Source of the DNA: Balanoglossus misakiensis
Taxonomy: Eukaryota > Animalia > Hemichordata
NCBI GenBank assembly: GCA_040954595.2
Contig: CM082591.2
Location: forward strand, 4,697,957 to 4,761,956
Reading direction: 5' to 3'
DNA: 64,000 nucleotides
Part shown: piece by piece, positions 27,201-37,345 of the stretch
Position numbering within the stretch: the first letter of the stretch is position 1
How the letters are laid out: every line of letters starts with the position of its first letter
Notes under the pieces: generated by a model
Database searches by the model: none
The model's input: only the letters and a program-made list of their open reading frames with translations
What the model was told of the DNA's origin: nothing
Position numbers and translations under genes: made by a program

Positions 27201-29785
27201 TAATTTGATCAGCATACCGAGCATTTTTAATGCGTTTGCTTAAAATGCTTGTTTTGCTTTTTAGTGTTGCTTTTTTTTTAAGTTCAAACATTTTTGCATG
27301 CATTTTATTTCTGTACATGCAGCGGAGAAAGCAAAAACCAAAAGAAAAGGTATTCTTAATTTCAGTTCGATTTTTTTTTGCTATGATGCAAATTCTGAAT
27401 CTTTCATTTTAATTCTTAAATTTTAATTCTTTTTTTTTGGCGAATATTTTCATCTGTGCAAATTACCATCTTTCCATAAATAGAATCTTAACGTAGAACA
27501 TCCTCATACTTTCATGCATGTTCGTAGATTAAGCGAGAAATCTGCCGTCTTAATTTACTAACTGTTAAATACCATTAAGTCGGAGGACAAACTGTAACCA
27601 TGGTTACGGTGTAATGGCAACTTAAATCTTTCTCTTAATTCATTAAGTGATTTTAATATACTGTTTTGTCATGTGACGGTAATGCATTTGTCAATGTTAG
27701 GCCCGAGGGCATGGTTTGGGGATTACGTTAGTTTTTGATTAATCTCGTGGGGGAGGTTTTACCGTTTAGCTGTAGCATAGTCGTTGGGGAAAGAAGTTCA
27801 TGATTGCAACATCAATTATGGTTTTATAAATAACCAATTAACACTCGTCCGTAAATAAGTCACAGTTCAGGATTCGGTATCCCCAAATATGCCCTTTGTG
27901 AGAAATTTTAATTGACAAATGCTTACATACTGGTTCATAATTGACCCTTTCAGTCACCCCCAGTTCCCTGTGTAGAGGTCCTACAATATCACAGAATACA
28001 ATGGGTTTGGACTGGACCATTGGTGGTGAAAGGGTTGATGTTTTATAGAGATGAGGAAAAAAATTCCTACAAATAGTACACTTCATGTAAGGTTTCTTCA
28101 AGTCATTTAAATTGTAAAAGTTGTTGGAAGGGATTGATTATGAAATAAATTGTCATCCCATGTCTTGTTTACAATCAGCGTTGATATTTGTTACCGCACT
28201 TGAAAAGTCTCTCATTGCACTTTTATCTCGTATTTTGACCATTTGCAATTGTCGACTTTTGTTTTTTGCCATGTCAGGGTGAAGAGGTGGAGTAGTATTT
28301 TTGTGATTTTTTTTATCAATCTGTAGATGTGCTTTTTTCGTGTGTGTTTTTTTTTTTTGAGTATCTTTCACTTCCTCTAAAATGAAAAACCAAGTGAAAT
28401 GTCCTGACATCCTTCGGAACAGAAGTCGTGGATTGAATTTTTTTTATAGCTTTTTTGAGAAATTAAGGTAGTCCTCCCAAAAAAACTTGTCATTGTGATT
28501 CTAAAAATCTGGAAGAAATTTTGAGTCCCCGAGTTTTCCGTCTTATTTTCCTTTTTGTGTGTGAAAACATTTTTTGGTAGATTAGTTTTTGAGGTTTTGA
28601 CCATCTAAATATATCCTGGTTTTCAACAAGGTCCATTCCTTGTGTGGAATTCGAAAAGAAGCTGCTTATTTAAGTCTAACAATGTGTACATAATTTGTGT
28701 TTTCAGGATGAATGGTCACTGCTGTTGATATCAGCACAGAGAGCCATGAAGCTGAAAATGACAGAATTTGATGAAAACTTCAGCGAGGATTATGCTGAAG
28801 GAACAGAGGTGAGTGAATTCTTCTGATATCTCACTGCACATTAATGATAGTGATTCCTTTAATTCTCCCTACCTTAAATAGGTTTTAAGCTACCTAAGTG
28901 AGTGATGAAAATCTAATATGGTCAACACAATTTCAAGATGGCCGATTTTGCCATGTTTAAGAAATGGGAGTTCATAAGCTAAAGTGATGATGGGTCATTC
29001 TGAAACTTTTTAACAGAAAAAATAACAAAATGGGAAAAAAGTTTAATGAGTTTAATATGGTAACTACAAAGACAGACATGTTTGACGAAAGGAATTCATG
29101 AAATACAGTAAACATATCATTACTTCTATCTCTTAGTACAGTTGGTTGTCGACTTTTCGCCCAGAATGCAATGTGATTTGACCCCCTAGCGCAAAGTGAA
29201 ACCCTATTTAAGGCAGCCAGAATTCAGTCCCATATAGACCCATATCAAACACACAGGAAATAAATTGCATAACGTCTCATCTGGATATCATTTTTCTAAA
29301 AATTAATAACTAAAACGAGATGTTTATGCATGTATGGCCATTAAACTGAATATTTTCATTTGGTGGTGCATGACTCAGTTATGCCAAGGCATTAATTTTC
29401 AACGCAACTCAACACGCCCGTTTCATTAGTCTAGCGCCCTCAGGCGGCCATCATGAATTTCATCTCAAAGCGAGGCCAATTGGGAGACCAATCACATCAA
29501 AGGGATTTACTAATTGGCCTCGCTTTGAGTTCAAATTCAAGATGGCTGCATGAGAGAGCACTACATTTGTAGATTTATGAAAAGGGTGTTTTGTTCGCAA
29601 TTTTGCAACACAAATTCTGAAAAGTATTTATTTTTGATTTTTTTCAGTTCCATGCTGACCTTTACCACATGGTATGTGACCTGTCCACTGAGCAAGGCAT
29701 CGACCGAATGAAGATGTGCAGTTATCAATTTGTAGATGCTGTTTATCAACTCTTGTCTGCCACGAGGGTCATCACGTACTCCTAA
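6241..29785 (+). CDS. DNAI7: Dynein axonemal intermediate chain 7 (CASC1/Las1/IC97 family), multi-exon, about 748 aa; exon carrying the start ATG not located
   Basis: Phase-consistent GT-AG exons: 6241-6337, 14712-14803, 15422-15526, 17543-17683, 19901-20047, 22814-22917, 23356-23647, 23792-23891, 24467-24628, 25048-25216, 25559-25665, 26080-26345, 26582-26653, 26917-27066, 28707-28808, 29648-29785 (TAA). The joined frame is open (2244 nt). It carries CASC1 hallmarks: WDRYMLCDGSPDP..EINTYMNLWKE, LWGNLSKNPR, DIAIRIMHTKYDH, VVDLRQYQPLGGVVHFD..LPPQPK..KGW, EGKHWRIDG, QDRHINMPFQSWELRP, QMAL..S.FAYSWSKWN, FHADLYHMV..LSATRVITYS*. The first exon found opens in phase 0 with PPKQKSGKK, implying an upstream exon ending in ATG. 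Confidence 0.93.
7982..8135. mobile_element. Second copy of the pogo-like MITE, opposite orientation
   Basis: TA-CAGTAAAA...TTTAGACAGGAATACTG-TA; internal TTCAGTCCCTTTGGTG is the reverse complement of CACCAAAGGGACTGAA in the 4983 copy. Confidence 0.65.
10385..10658. mobile_element. Decayed non-autonomous DNA element ending CTACCT-TAA (Kolobok-like end)
   Basis: Ends GTACTACCTTAA and contains TTTGAAATTCAAAATGGCCGCC; a related fragment lies near 38570-38790. Confidence 0.4.
11109..11193. mobile_element. About 85-bp piggyBac-like MITE, copy 2 (reverse)
   Basis: CCCTTTCA...CATGGTTTGGCCCAAATCCATTGTTTTCTATGGTAAGG...GTGAAAGGG-TTAA. Confidence 0.75.
22498..22718. mobile_element. TTAA-flanked Kolobok/T2-type MITE with an internal 40-bp tandem duplication
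   Basis: TTAA-AGGTATATGGTCACCT ... AGGTGACTGTATACCT-TTAA (14/16 TIR match, TTAA on both flanks); 40-bp unit at 22512-22551 and 22552-22591. Confidence 0.8.
27945..28034. mobile_element. About 85-bp piggyBac-like MITE, copy 3
   Basis: TTGA-CCCTTTCA...GTGAAAGGG-TTGA (same 4-mer on both flanks). Confidence 0.75.
29432..29563. mobile_element. Hairpin (fold-back) MITE
   Basis: About 50-bp inverted arms TAGCGCCCTC..GCCATCATGAATTT..CTCAAAGCGAGGCCAATT / AATTGGCCTCGCTTTGAG..AAATTCAAGATGGC..GAGAGCACTA. Confidence 0.75.
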
Positions 29786-30395
29786 AAAACATCAGCTCGA
29801 TTTTAAGAAAAAAAAAGAATTTTTAGATGTTACAAAAATTGAACTTTCAGGAGCTTTTATACCCTCTAAATTATTGATGTTCTGGTAAAATGTAAACTGT
29901 ACATGTACTTCAATTTGGGGGTTGATGTTTACGTTTTTTCCATCCCTACATTTTTTTCCATCCCCTATACTTAATACCTGTGTAATAGACCATAACTACC
30001 ATTTTCATGAAAAGATCCTGGAAAATCACCGTTATGGAAAAAATACCTTGATAATTTTTCAAAAATTTGAAATGGTTTATATAATTGTTAGTGTTTCAAC
30101 CGTCCAACTTTTTCAGGAGTAATACATTGTACATACGACCAACACTTATATTTTCCTATCCAAGGCAAACCTGTGTGTATAAACTTCAAATGAAAATGAT
30201 AAATAATTCAGTTAGTGAATGGCGTATTTTGATACTTTTTGTATATAATGCCAGATTGATGTGTATTAAGCTGGGATGCTCACAGATTGTAAATTTTTTT
30301 GGTGTAAAAAAAATCGCACCAAAAATATAAATGAACTGTAATTTCTGAACAATTCCATCGACATACTGTCAAGCACAGTATAGTTTTAACCTATC

Positions 30396-30401
30396 AATAA
30401 A
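30396..30401 (+). terminator. Probable polyadenylation signal (AATAAA) of DNAI7
   Basis: AATAAA about 610 nt after the stop, followed by GT-rich sequence. Confidence 0.45.
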
Positions 30402-30474
30402 ATAGTTTGACTTTAAGAAAGGTTTTGTGCAGTGTATGTGAATGTGTACAAGAGGTGGGGGTGATATCTGTCAC

Positions 30475-30560
30475 CCCTTTCACCATCATGGTTTAGTCCA
30501 AATGCATTGTTTTCTTGGGTGGGGTCGGACCACAACCATTGAGAAATGGGGTGAAAATGA
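30475..30560. mobile_element. About 85-bp piggyBac-like MITE, copy 4 (reverse, decayed)
   Basis: CCCTTTCACCATCATGGTTTAGTCCAAATGCATTGTTTTC...GGGGTGAAA. Confidence 0.65.
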
Positions 30561-31719
30561 AATGTGTACAGTCCCATCTAATTTACATACTGGTATATAC
30601 ATGTACCTCTATGGTCAAAAGGACGCGTTATTCTAATGGTGGCTAACTTTTATGCGTATGTCACCCACTGAAAAATCTGTGATTGGCTGTGTTTCAATTT
30701 TCCATGGTAACGGTGACAAAAATGCAATGCTGACCGTATGCGCTTTAAATGACGAGACGCAATATTTCGGTGTTGTGCAGATTTCAATCGGGAACTGGCA
30801 TGATACCGCTTCAGAAATTGCTATAGAGGGCGCTGTGTTTGCGCAAAATGCATTGCATAGGTGGCTTTTAAGGGAGGATTCGTTTGAACTGCGCATGTGC
30901 AACTTCTGTGTATTTACATATATGTACCATCGCAACTATTCTTTTCGGGGGGAGGGGGCTGCCAGCCAATATATGTTACATCAAAGTAAATTGAAAATGT
31001 GACAAAATGTCAAAATGCACTATTTGCAATTAATTAACATTGGCCAAAAGCCAAGTTAAAATCTGAGTACCTTAGACGATCTCCCGGTTGATTATTTTTT
31101 GCTTTTTTTACAATTAATAAATGACTAACCACGGAGGGACAGTGGAGCTACAAAGCAATGTTACATACACCTGCGCCCCAACATTTGGATTTCATGACAG
31201 CTCGTTATGTTGAAGCAAATTTCTTTATCATTGTTGGAAGCCACATGCTTTTTACTCCATAGCAACTGCTTGGCAACGCTGTCATGCTGTGAAGTGTTTG
31301 TGTCAGCAAACTTTATTGCTGTGCCGGACTTTACACATGGTGCGATACAAAAATTCTGCGTATTTCGATGAGGTGGACCACTAGTGGCCCAAATATGGTC
31401 AGGCCACGCTCCCAGTTCGCGGAATTGGGGACAATAGTATGACGTCGAAATCGATTGAACCGATTTTACCTCAGACGGGTTTAGTCGCTTGTACAGTACT
31501 TGCCAGGTCGCCAAGAGAGTAACACCACAAGAAAAACGTTCCACAAAACAGGTAAAAATGATTTTATTCAACGATTTTTTTTTCACTCATTTAGGCCTAC
31601 AGATTCTGAAACTGTCTATCATTTTTCTCTCGATTCCTTTGTTTTTACACCATGGCGATTTTCCGTTTGTGTTGCAGAACACCACTTTGTTGTCTAGGGA
31701 ACTGCGCTGGTTTTATAAA

Positions 31720-33930
31720 ATGGCCTCCAAAGAGGTGAAGTTTTTGGAGAAAATCGACGACAACTTCCTCGTCTGTGGTATTTGCTCAGAGCGATACAAG
31801 AACGCTAAAAATCTGCCGTGTCTACACAGTTTCTGCGAGGAGTGTCTCAGTCAACTGGTCAAGAAAACTGGCAAGTTGGAGTGTCCGATATGTCGTCGTT
31901 TGCACAAAGTGCCCGCAGGGGGCGTGTCGGGTATACCGTCGAATTTCTTTGTCAATGAATTGGTTGAAGAATTCGGAAAACGAGACGAGAGTTCGGCTGC
32001 CGTTGGGAAATGCGAGGGCTGTGAGGAGGCAGAGAGCGTGAAACACTGTGTTGAGTGTGACATTGATTTTTGTAGAACATGTGCAAATTCTCACACCCGA
32101 ATTCGTGCTTTAAGATCACACCAATTGCTGACGATAGCCGAGTACCAGTCTGCAAAGTTCGCCAACCCCACTTCAGTCCAGGCGGCGACCTACTGTACCA
32201 GTCACGAAGACTACCAGATCGAGTTCTACTGCAATAGCTGTGACACGGCAATCTGTCTGAAATGTACCGCTCTCAGCCACCGATCACACGACTATCGCTG
32301 TGTGAAAGACGCTGCCAGAGATTACTGCAAAGAGTTGGCCAAGATGATCGAGAGAGTCAAAGTGAAAGAAGACGAGGCAAGTGTAAGCAAGAAGGGTGTG
32401 AAGTCGATGACAGAATCGCTGGACGACACTTCCAAGAAAGTTGAAACGAAAGTGAAAACGCACGCGCAAAAGACACGCGAGGATTTACTCCGCATGGTGC
32501 AGAACGATTGTGACAAACTCTTAACAGAATTGAAAGATGAATACGACACAAGAAGCATGAACTTGAACTCACAGTTGAAAGAACTCGAACTCACGGAGAA
32601 TGATCTTTCAAATGCGCGGGAATTCGCCGAAAACCTGATGCATTACGGGAATGCAGCGGAGGTGATGACGGCAAGAAAGAGAGTGTCCGCGCAACTTGAA
32701 GAACTTCTGAAGGTTGAAACTAAGGTGGAGCCGGTGGAGACCGACCACTTGGATTTTGATGCGTGCACTGACTTCTGTGCTGAGAAGAGGCTAGGAGTCA
32801 TTCAAAAAGAGTCTGGGAGATATAGAGTTACCCAGACACCAAAGTCAGTAAGAGTTGGTGATGATATCAATGTTACCATGGCAACAGAGGGCGTTCAGAG
32901 AATTCCTTTAAACAGCAGTGAGGTTGAAGCAACAATGAAGACACCCGAAGACAAGATAGAGAAAGTTGAAGTATCTGATAAAAGAGATGGAACAGTGACT
33001 TTGAAATCTCATGCAAGGACAAAGGGCAAACATGAACTGTCAGTGTCAGTACGTAAGAAACCAGTAGAGGGCTCACCAGTAAGAATTAAAGTTATCCCCA
33101 AGAAGGGGTTGGTGTGTAAATTTGGGGAGAAAGGTAATGGTGTTGGTCAGTATAATGACCCGTGGGGGGTAACAATGACAAGAACAGAGGGTGTGTTAGT
33201 TTGTGATTACAGTAATGGTAGATTACAGTCTTTCACTTTGGGTGGGAAACACAAGAATCTCTTCAATTTTACAAATCACCCCAATGCAGTGATTCCCTAT
33301 GATGCAGCTGTGTCAGTGGATGGTAAATTGATCATTACAGACTGTGGAAATGCGCAGGTAATTGTCTGTGATGAAAATGGCCAAATTATCCGCTTTTTTG
33401 GAAAGGGAAAGTTAAAACATCCTGTTGGTGTTGCCATTCATCCCTTGACTGACAGGGTTTATGTTGTGGATTTTTCAGGTCACTGTGTACATATCTTCAA
33501 CCAAGATGGCAGCTATGTTAAATCATTTGGTAGTCAGGGTAGTGGTGACGGCCAGTTTAACCATCCAGAACATGTAGCCATCGACCATACAGGCAAAGTG
33601 TATGTATCAGACCGTGACAATCATCGAATCCAAGTATTTGATGGTGATGGTCAGTTCTTGTATGACTTTGGCAGCGAGGGGAGTGGTGATGGTCAGTTAA
33701 ATTGCCCCTATGGAGTGGCTGTGGATAAGCACAGCAATGTGTATGTTGCTGATTGGGGTAACCATAGAATAGTCAAATTTGATTCAGGTGGTCGGTTTGT
33801 TTGTCGGATTGATAGTGTACGGGATGGGTTGAGTAGTTCCCGTGGTATCTGTGTTACGGATGATGAACCACTTTGTCAAGTCATAGTTGTTGACCGTGGA
33901 AATCACCGTGTCTGTGTTTTTGCACAATAA
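31720..33930 (+). CDS. TRIM-NHL E3 ubiquitin ligase (TRIM2/3/56/71-like; RING, B-box1, B-box2, coiled coil, filamin, NHL repeats), 736 aa, intron-free CDS
   Basis: Uninterrupted ORF. RING CGICSE..LPCLHSFCEECL..CPIC; B-boxes CEGC..CVEC..FCRTC..H and CTSH..YCNSC..ICLKC..H..H; filamin-like D..DGT..GKHELSVSV..GSP; NHL repeats FGS.GSGDGQFNHP..VA.D..VYVSD..NHRIQVFD. The likely start is aaaATGG at 31720. The 77 upstream codons of the tracked ORF span a probable 5'UTR intron at 31552-31677. Confidence 0.92.
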   Translation: MASKEVKFLEKIDDNFLVCGICSERYKNAKNLPCLHSFCEECLSQLVKKTGKLECPICRRLHKVPAGGVSGIPSNFFVNELVEEFGKRDESSAAVGKCEGCEEAESVKHCVECDIDFCRTCANSHTRIRALRSHQLLTIAEYQSAKFANPTSVQAATYCTSHEDYQIEFYCNSCDTAICLKCTALSHRSHDYRCVKDAARDYCKELAKMIERVKVKEDEASVSKKGVKSMTESLDDTSKKVETKVKTHAQKTREDLLRMVQNDCDKLLTELKDEYDTRSMNLNSQLKELELTENDLSNAREFAENLMHYGNAAEVMTARKRVSAQLEELLKVETKVEPVETDHLDFDACTDFCAEKRLGVIQKESGRYRVTQTPKSVRVGDDINVTMATEGVQRIPLNSSEVEATMKTPEDKIEKVEVSDKRDGTVTLKSHARTKGKHELSVSVRKKPVEGSPVRIKVIPKKGLVCKFGEKGNGVGQYNDPWGVTMTRTEGVLVCDYSNGRLQSFTLGGKHKNLFNFTNHPNAVIPYDAAVSVDGKLIITDCGNAQVIVCDENGQIIRFFGKGKLKHPVGVAIHPLTDRVYVVDFSGHCVHIFNQDGSYVKSFGSQGSGDGQFNHPEHVAIDHTGKVYVSDRDNHRIQVFDGDGQFLYDFGSEGSGDGQLNCPYGVAVDKHSNVYVADWGNHRIVKFDSGGRFVCRIDSVRDGLSSSRGICVTDDEPLCQVIVVDRGNHRVCVFAQ

Positions 33931-35338
33931 TCAAAACATACCACAACAGAAGACAAGACAGTTACTGCTAAACCATGAATACAGAAAGAGGACTGAGTTG
34001 AGTGGAAGAATTCAAAGTTTATCAGAAACACTGTATCTAATTCAAGTCATTGCTAAAATTGAAATTTATTTAGACAAAAATCTGAAAACGTTCTTGCCTG
34101 TGTTTTATATAGTATATATTTTTTTTTCATTCAAGTTCGGTGAGTTTTCTTGGTTATACCATTGTTAGGTTGTTCGAAAATATTTTAATGACATTTTATC
34201 TTCTGAAAGTGACTCTAAATGTTTGTAGAATTTTTCCCCAAAAACATTTCATCTGTTATGGTCATGTTATGTTAGTATGATTAGGTCCAAAATTAATGTA
34301 AAGATTGGGGATTTTCACGTCATTTTTCATATTTTCATTTTTTTTGTATTTTGAGATTTCAAAAACTTTTTTTTTAAAGAAACTTCAAACATAACCAGCT
34401 TTGAATATATGTTTTTATAGTTTGGTTCATAGAACTGTAAGCAGATTTTTTTGTAACCCTGGAACTACTGGCACATTTTGTCTCTGTGCATCATAAGATG
34501 TATGTGTGCAATGAATTTATACGATTTTCTGGGTTTTGTTATGATATATGTGAAAATGGGAATAAAATATAATCGCCAAAACAAAATAAGCGTGGAAGTG
34601 AAGTTTGCTTTTTCAAGATCAACCCTCTCCCCATACGTCAACTTGGAATATCGCAGTGTGTGAACTCGTGTACGTGACAGTTCACCCCCGCAAGGAGTAA
34701 TTGGCGGTCCCTGAACTCGTTTTCTCTCCCACACGCCTTATGCATGTTGATAAATTGACCCCATCAAATAGTGACCTGGGCCAGAGTAATGTATGTATGT
34801 ATGTATGTATGTGTGTTTGCATGCAGCATGTGAGAGCTTGATTTCATGAAGATTAGGGGAGAAACGTTTGAATTTTTCCCTTAAAAATTGTCCATTCACT
34901 CCCCTAAATATCAAATGATTCTACCCTTACGTGTTTGCCTCCTATGTACGTTCAGGATCGCATTACAAAACAAAAGTATTCGATATTTCTTGTATTGTGG
35001 GCGCTGTTCACAGTGGAGTAAATAACTACCAAACGCATAAACGGCGGTTTTATTCAAAAACGTGGAACAACAACACAAGTACGAACCCGACGAACTGATC
35101 GATCGATCTTTCTCTGCTGTAGCAACGCGATCTACTGTAAAATTGGTTGAAAGTTATTTCCGTGCATCTCCGAAGATTCAAACATATGTAAGTCGACGTT
35201 TTTTCCCCCAGCTCTCTGCAGGAAATTGGCAAATTACTACGTGTACCGGTGGCCAACGTCAAGACCTGGGTCCATTACCAAATCATGATGCATGACAATG
35301 TTTGTTTCTTCCTTAGATATAAATTTATTGAAGTCAAG

Positions 35339-35825
35339 ATGTCAACAACAAAAGAAGACAAGAATGCTAATTTCAAGAGTCATCCGGAGACACCGGCTGT
35401 GATTAAGAGGAAACAACTTGGTCCGATGTTTTTGAGTCCCACCGACAGTATGATGTCACCCTGTACTCAGAAATTATTAGTGGGCAAAGGTCATCCTGCT
35501 CAAAAGTAAGAAATGGAATTTTCACTTTTTCTAATGCTGCCAGTCCGAACAGATCATATATTAGTCAACTTGTCGGGGGGTCGCCATGTTGTTTGGAGTA
35601 AAACGAGTAATTGCATTTATACATAGAACAAAATTACTGGAAATAAAGCTAAAAGTTCCAGCTATAGAGCTTTAAAAAGACCTTCACAGATCAACAATTA
35701 ATGTGACTATTCTATTTTCTTGTTTGAATTTTCACAGTAAACTACACAGACAGATGTTACACGGAATGATACAGAGCAAGCAACCGATTCCAAAACTGGA
35801 ACTCGACAAAGAGAATCAACTCTAG
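35339..35825 (+). CDS. Small Spo12-family-like protein (84 aa) with C-terminal KEN box
   Basis: Coding exons 35339-35505 and 35738-35825 (phase-2 intron AA|gtaag...ttcacag|T), plus a probable 5'UTR intron at 35188-35316. Protein: MSTTKEDKNANFKSHPETPAVIKRKQLGPMFLSPTDSMMSPCTQKLLVGKGHPAQNKLHRQMLHGMIQSKQPIPKLELDKENQL*. FLSPTDSMMSPCTQKL matches the Spo12 core motif as I recall it. Confidence 0.78.
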
Positions 35826-36804
35826 AAACCGTCACAGTTCCTAAAAAAACTTCTCCATACAAAATCATCACTGCCAAGAAAAGACGACTCGGTTCTACTG
35901 TACAAACCTGAGTGAATGCATATCAAAGAATCGTGTTTACCAATAATATCTCAAGAGCATTGTTTGTTCTGAAAAATGCCTTGTGCTTACTTCTTTGTGT
36001 TTGTTTATGGAAATGTCATTTTTCTGTTTGATTTCAGAAACTTCTGTGTACAGGAAAATAAGTTGGATTTATTTGCTGAAAATACTAAAGTCTCTTATCT
36101 GCATTGTTGCGATACTTGAGATTGCTATTCGCCAATAACATTTTATTTGCACATTTCTCAGAATTTATTGCCTGCTTTCAGATATTAATTTTATTTTATA
36201 ATATAGCTTTATTAGTAAAATGAAAAGATAATACACATATATTGATTCTATAATTTTTATTAAGAGTCTGTTTTACGAGAATGTCCTACCATATAAACTG
36301 CGTAGTCACGCGGGATCTCGCAGGATTTCAGATAATGGTCTATTGCAACACCATTCATAGGAATGATATTGACATCACTGCCAAGTATTTTGTATGAATA
36401 TAGTTTTAGCATAGATCTTGAACCGTTTGTACTTTTGTTACTTTGTATTGCTAACACTATAATTGAGCGACTTCCAGATTTTCATGTCTGTAAGGGTGTT
36501 TTATTGTCAGATTATTGTGCAATAAATATGTACCGTTTTTAATTAAAAACTGGCTGGTACTTCATGTTATAGTAGTGTGCAAGACACGACTGCTTTCGAT
36601 AATTCCTGAGGCGTGGGGTTTGGACCGTTATTCGAGTCGACTGGCGGTCCCTAATGTCTACGGTCCGAGCTATTTTGTAGCTGGGGATATCCAAACATAA
36701 AGAAAACTCGACCAATTCGTAATTTTTACTTCCGAGCTCAGCCATACGACAATATAACCGAGGTTCTTTTGTTTTTTTTACAAGAATGCCTCATGGGAAG
36801 TTGC

Positions 36805-36862
36805 CCAATACGCATGCGTGAATCTACCTCTTACCTAGGCGCCGCCATTTTAGATTGGCAAG
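36805..36862 (+). promoter_or_regulatory. RPS10 promoter and non-coding first exon (pyrimidine-rich TCT-like start, YY1 site, NRF1-like site)
   Basis: CGCATGCG at 36811-36818; pyrimidine tract CCTCTT near 36827; GCCGCCATTTT (YY1) at 36841-36851; donor AAG|GTATGT at 36862/36863. This layout is typical of ribosomal protein gene promoters. Confidence 0.6.
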
Positions 36863-37345
36863 GTATGTGAAGAGAGGTTTAAAATCGGCGAAATTGTCCG
36901 TCATCCGCACTCACAACAATTAAAATAAATGAACACTAAAAGCTCAAGACATTAGGAATATCTGTGGTAACATTATTTCGTGCTCAGACGGTGAAGCAAT
37001 CGGTTAAAATTGCCTGTAAATGTCCGTAGGCACACACGTACATCCTTGATCAACATGAACGCACGGAGCAGAATGATGAAGTCGTTTCAGACAGTCGCCA
37101 AAGAATACACTTGCCGTATTGTCTAGTTTAATAAATGTCCATGTTTGAGACGTTTCTGTCGACAAGAATGTGGTCACGGGTATTATAATTCCGGTGAATA
37201 TCCCCGGTAAACTTTGTTTATCCCCCAAAACACGATCAGTTTGAGTTGAACTGTCGCTGTGTCCAAGCACCATGGCATACACATTACAGTACACAGTATT
37301 CAAGTGTAATCTTATTTTTTCCTTTCTGTGTTCCTTCCATACAAG

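Noticed and set aside
28463-28877. TTAAGGTAG...CTACCTTAA apparent TIR pair enclosing a DNAI7 exon
   Set aside because: The match is only about 9 bp and the enclosed exon is an ancient conserved one; probably unrelated repeat ends or chance.
31489-31719. 77-aa N-terminal extension of the 813-aa tracked ORF
   Set aside because: It starts at a non-ATG codon and spans a probable 126-nt GT-AG 5'UTR intron (31552-31677); the RING protein most likely starts at 31720.
32872-32885. Perfect X-box GTTACCATGGCAAC inside the TRIM CDS
   Set aside because: It encodes V-T-M-A-T within the coding region and has no other support as a regulatory site.
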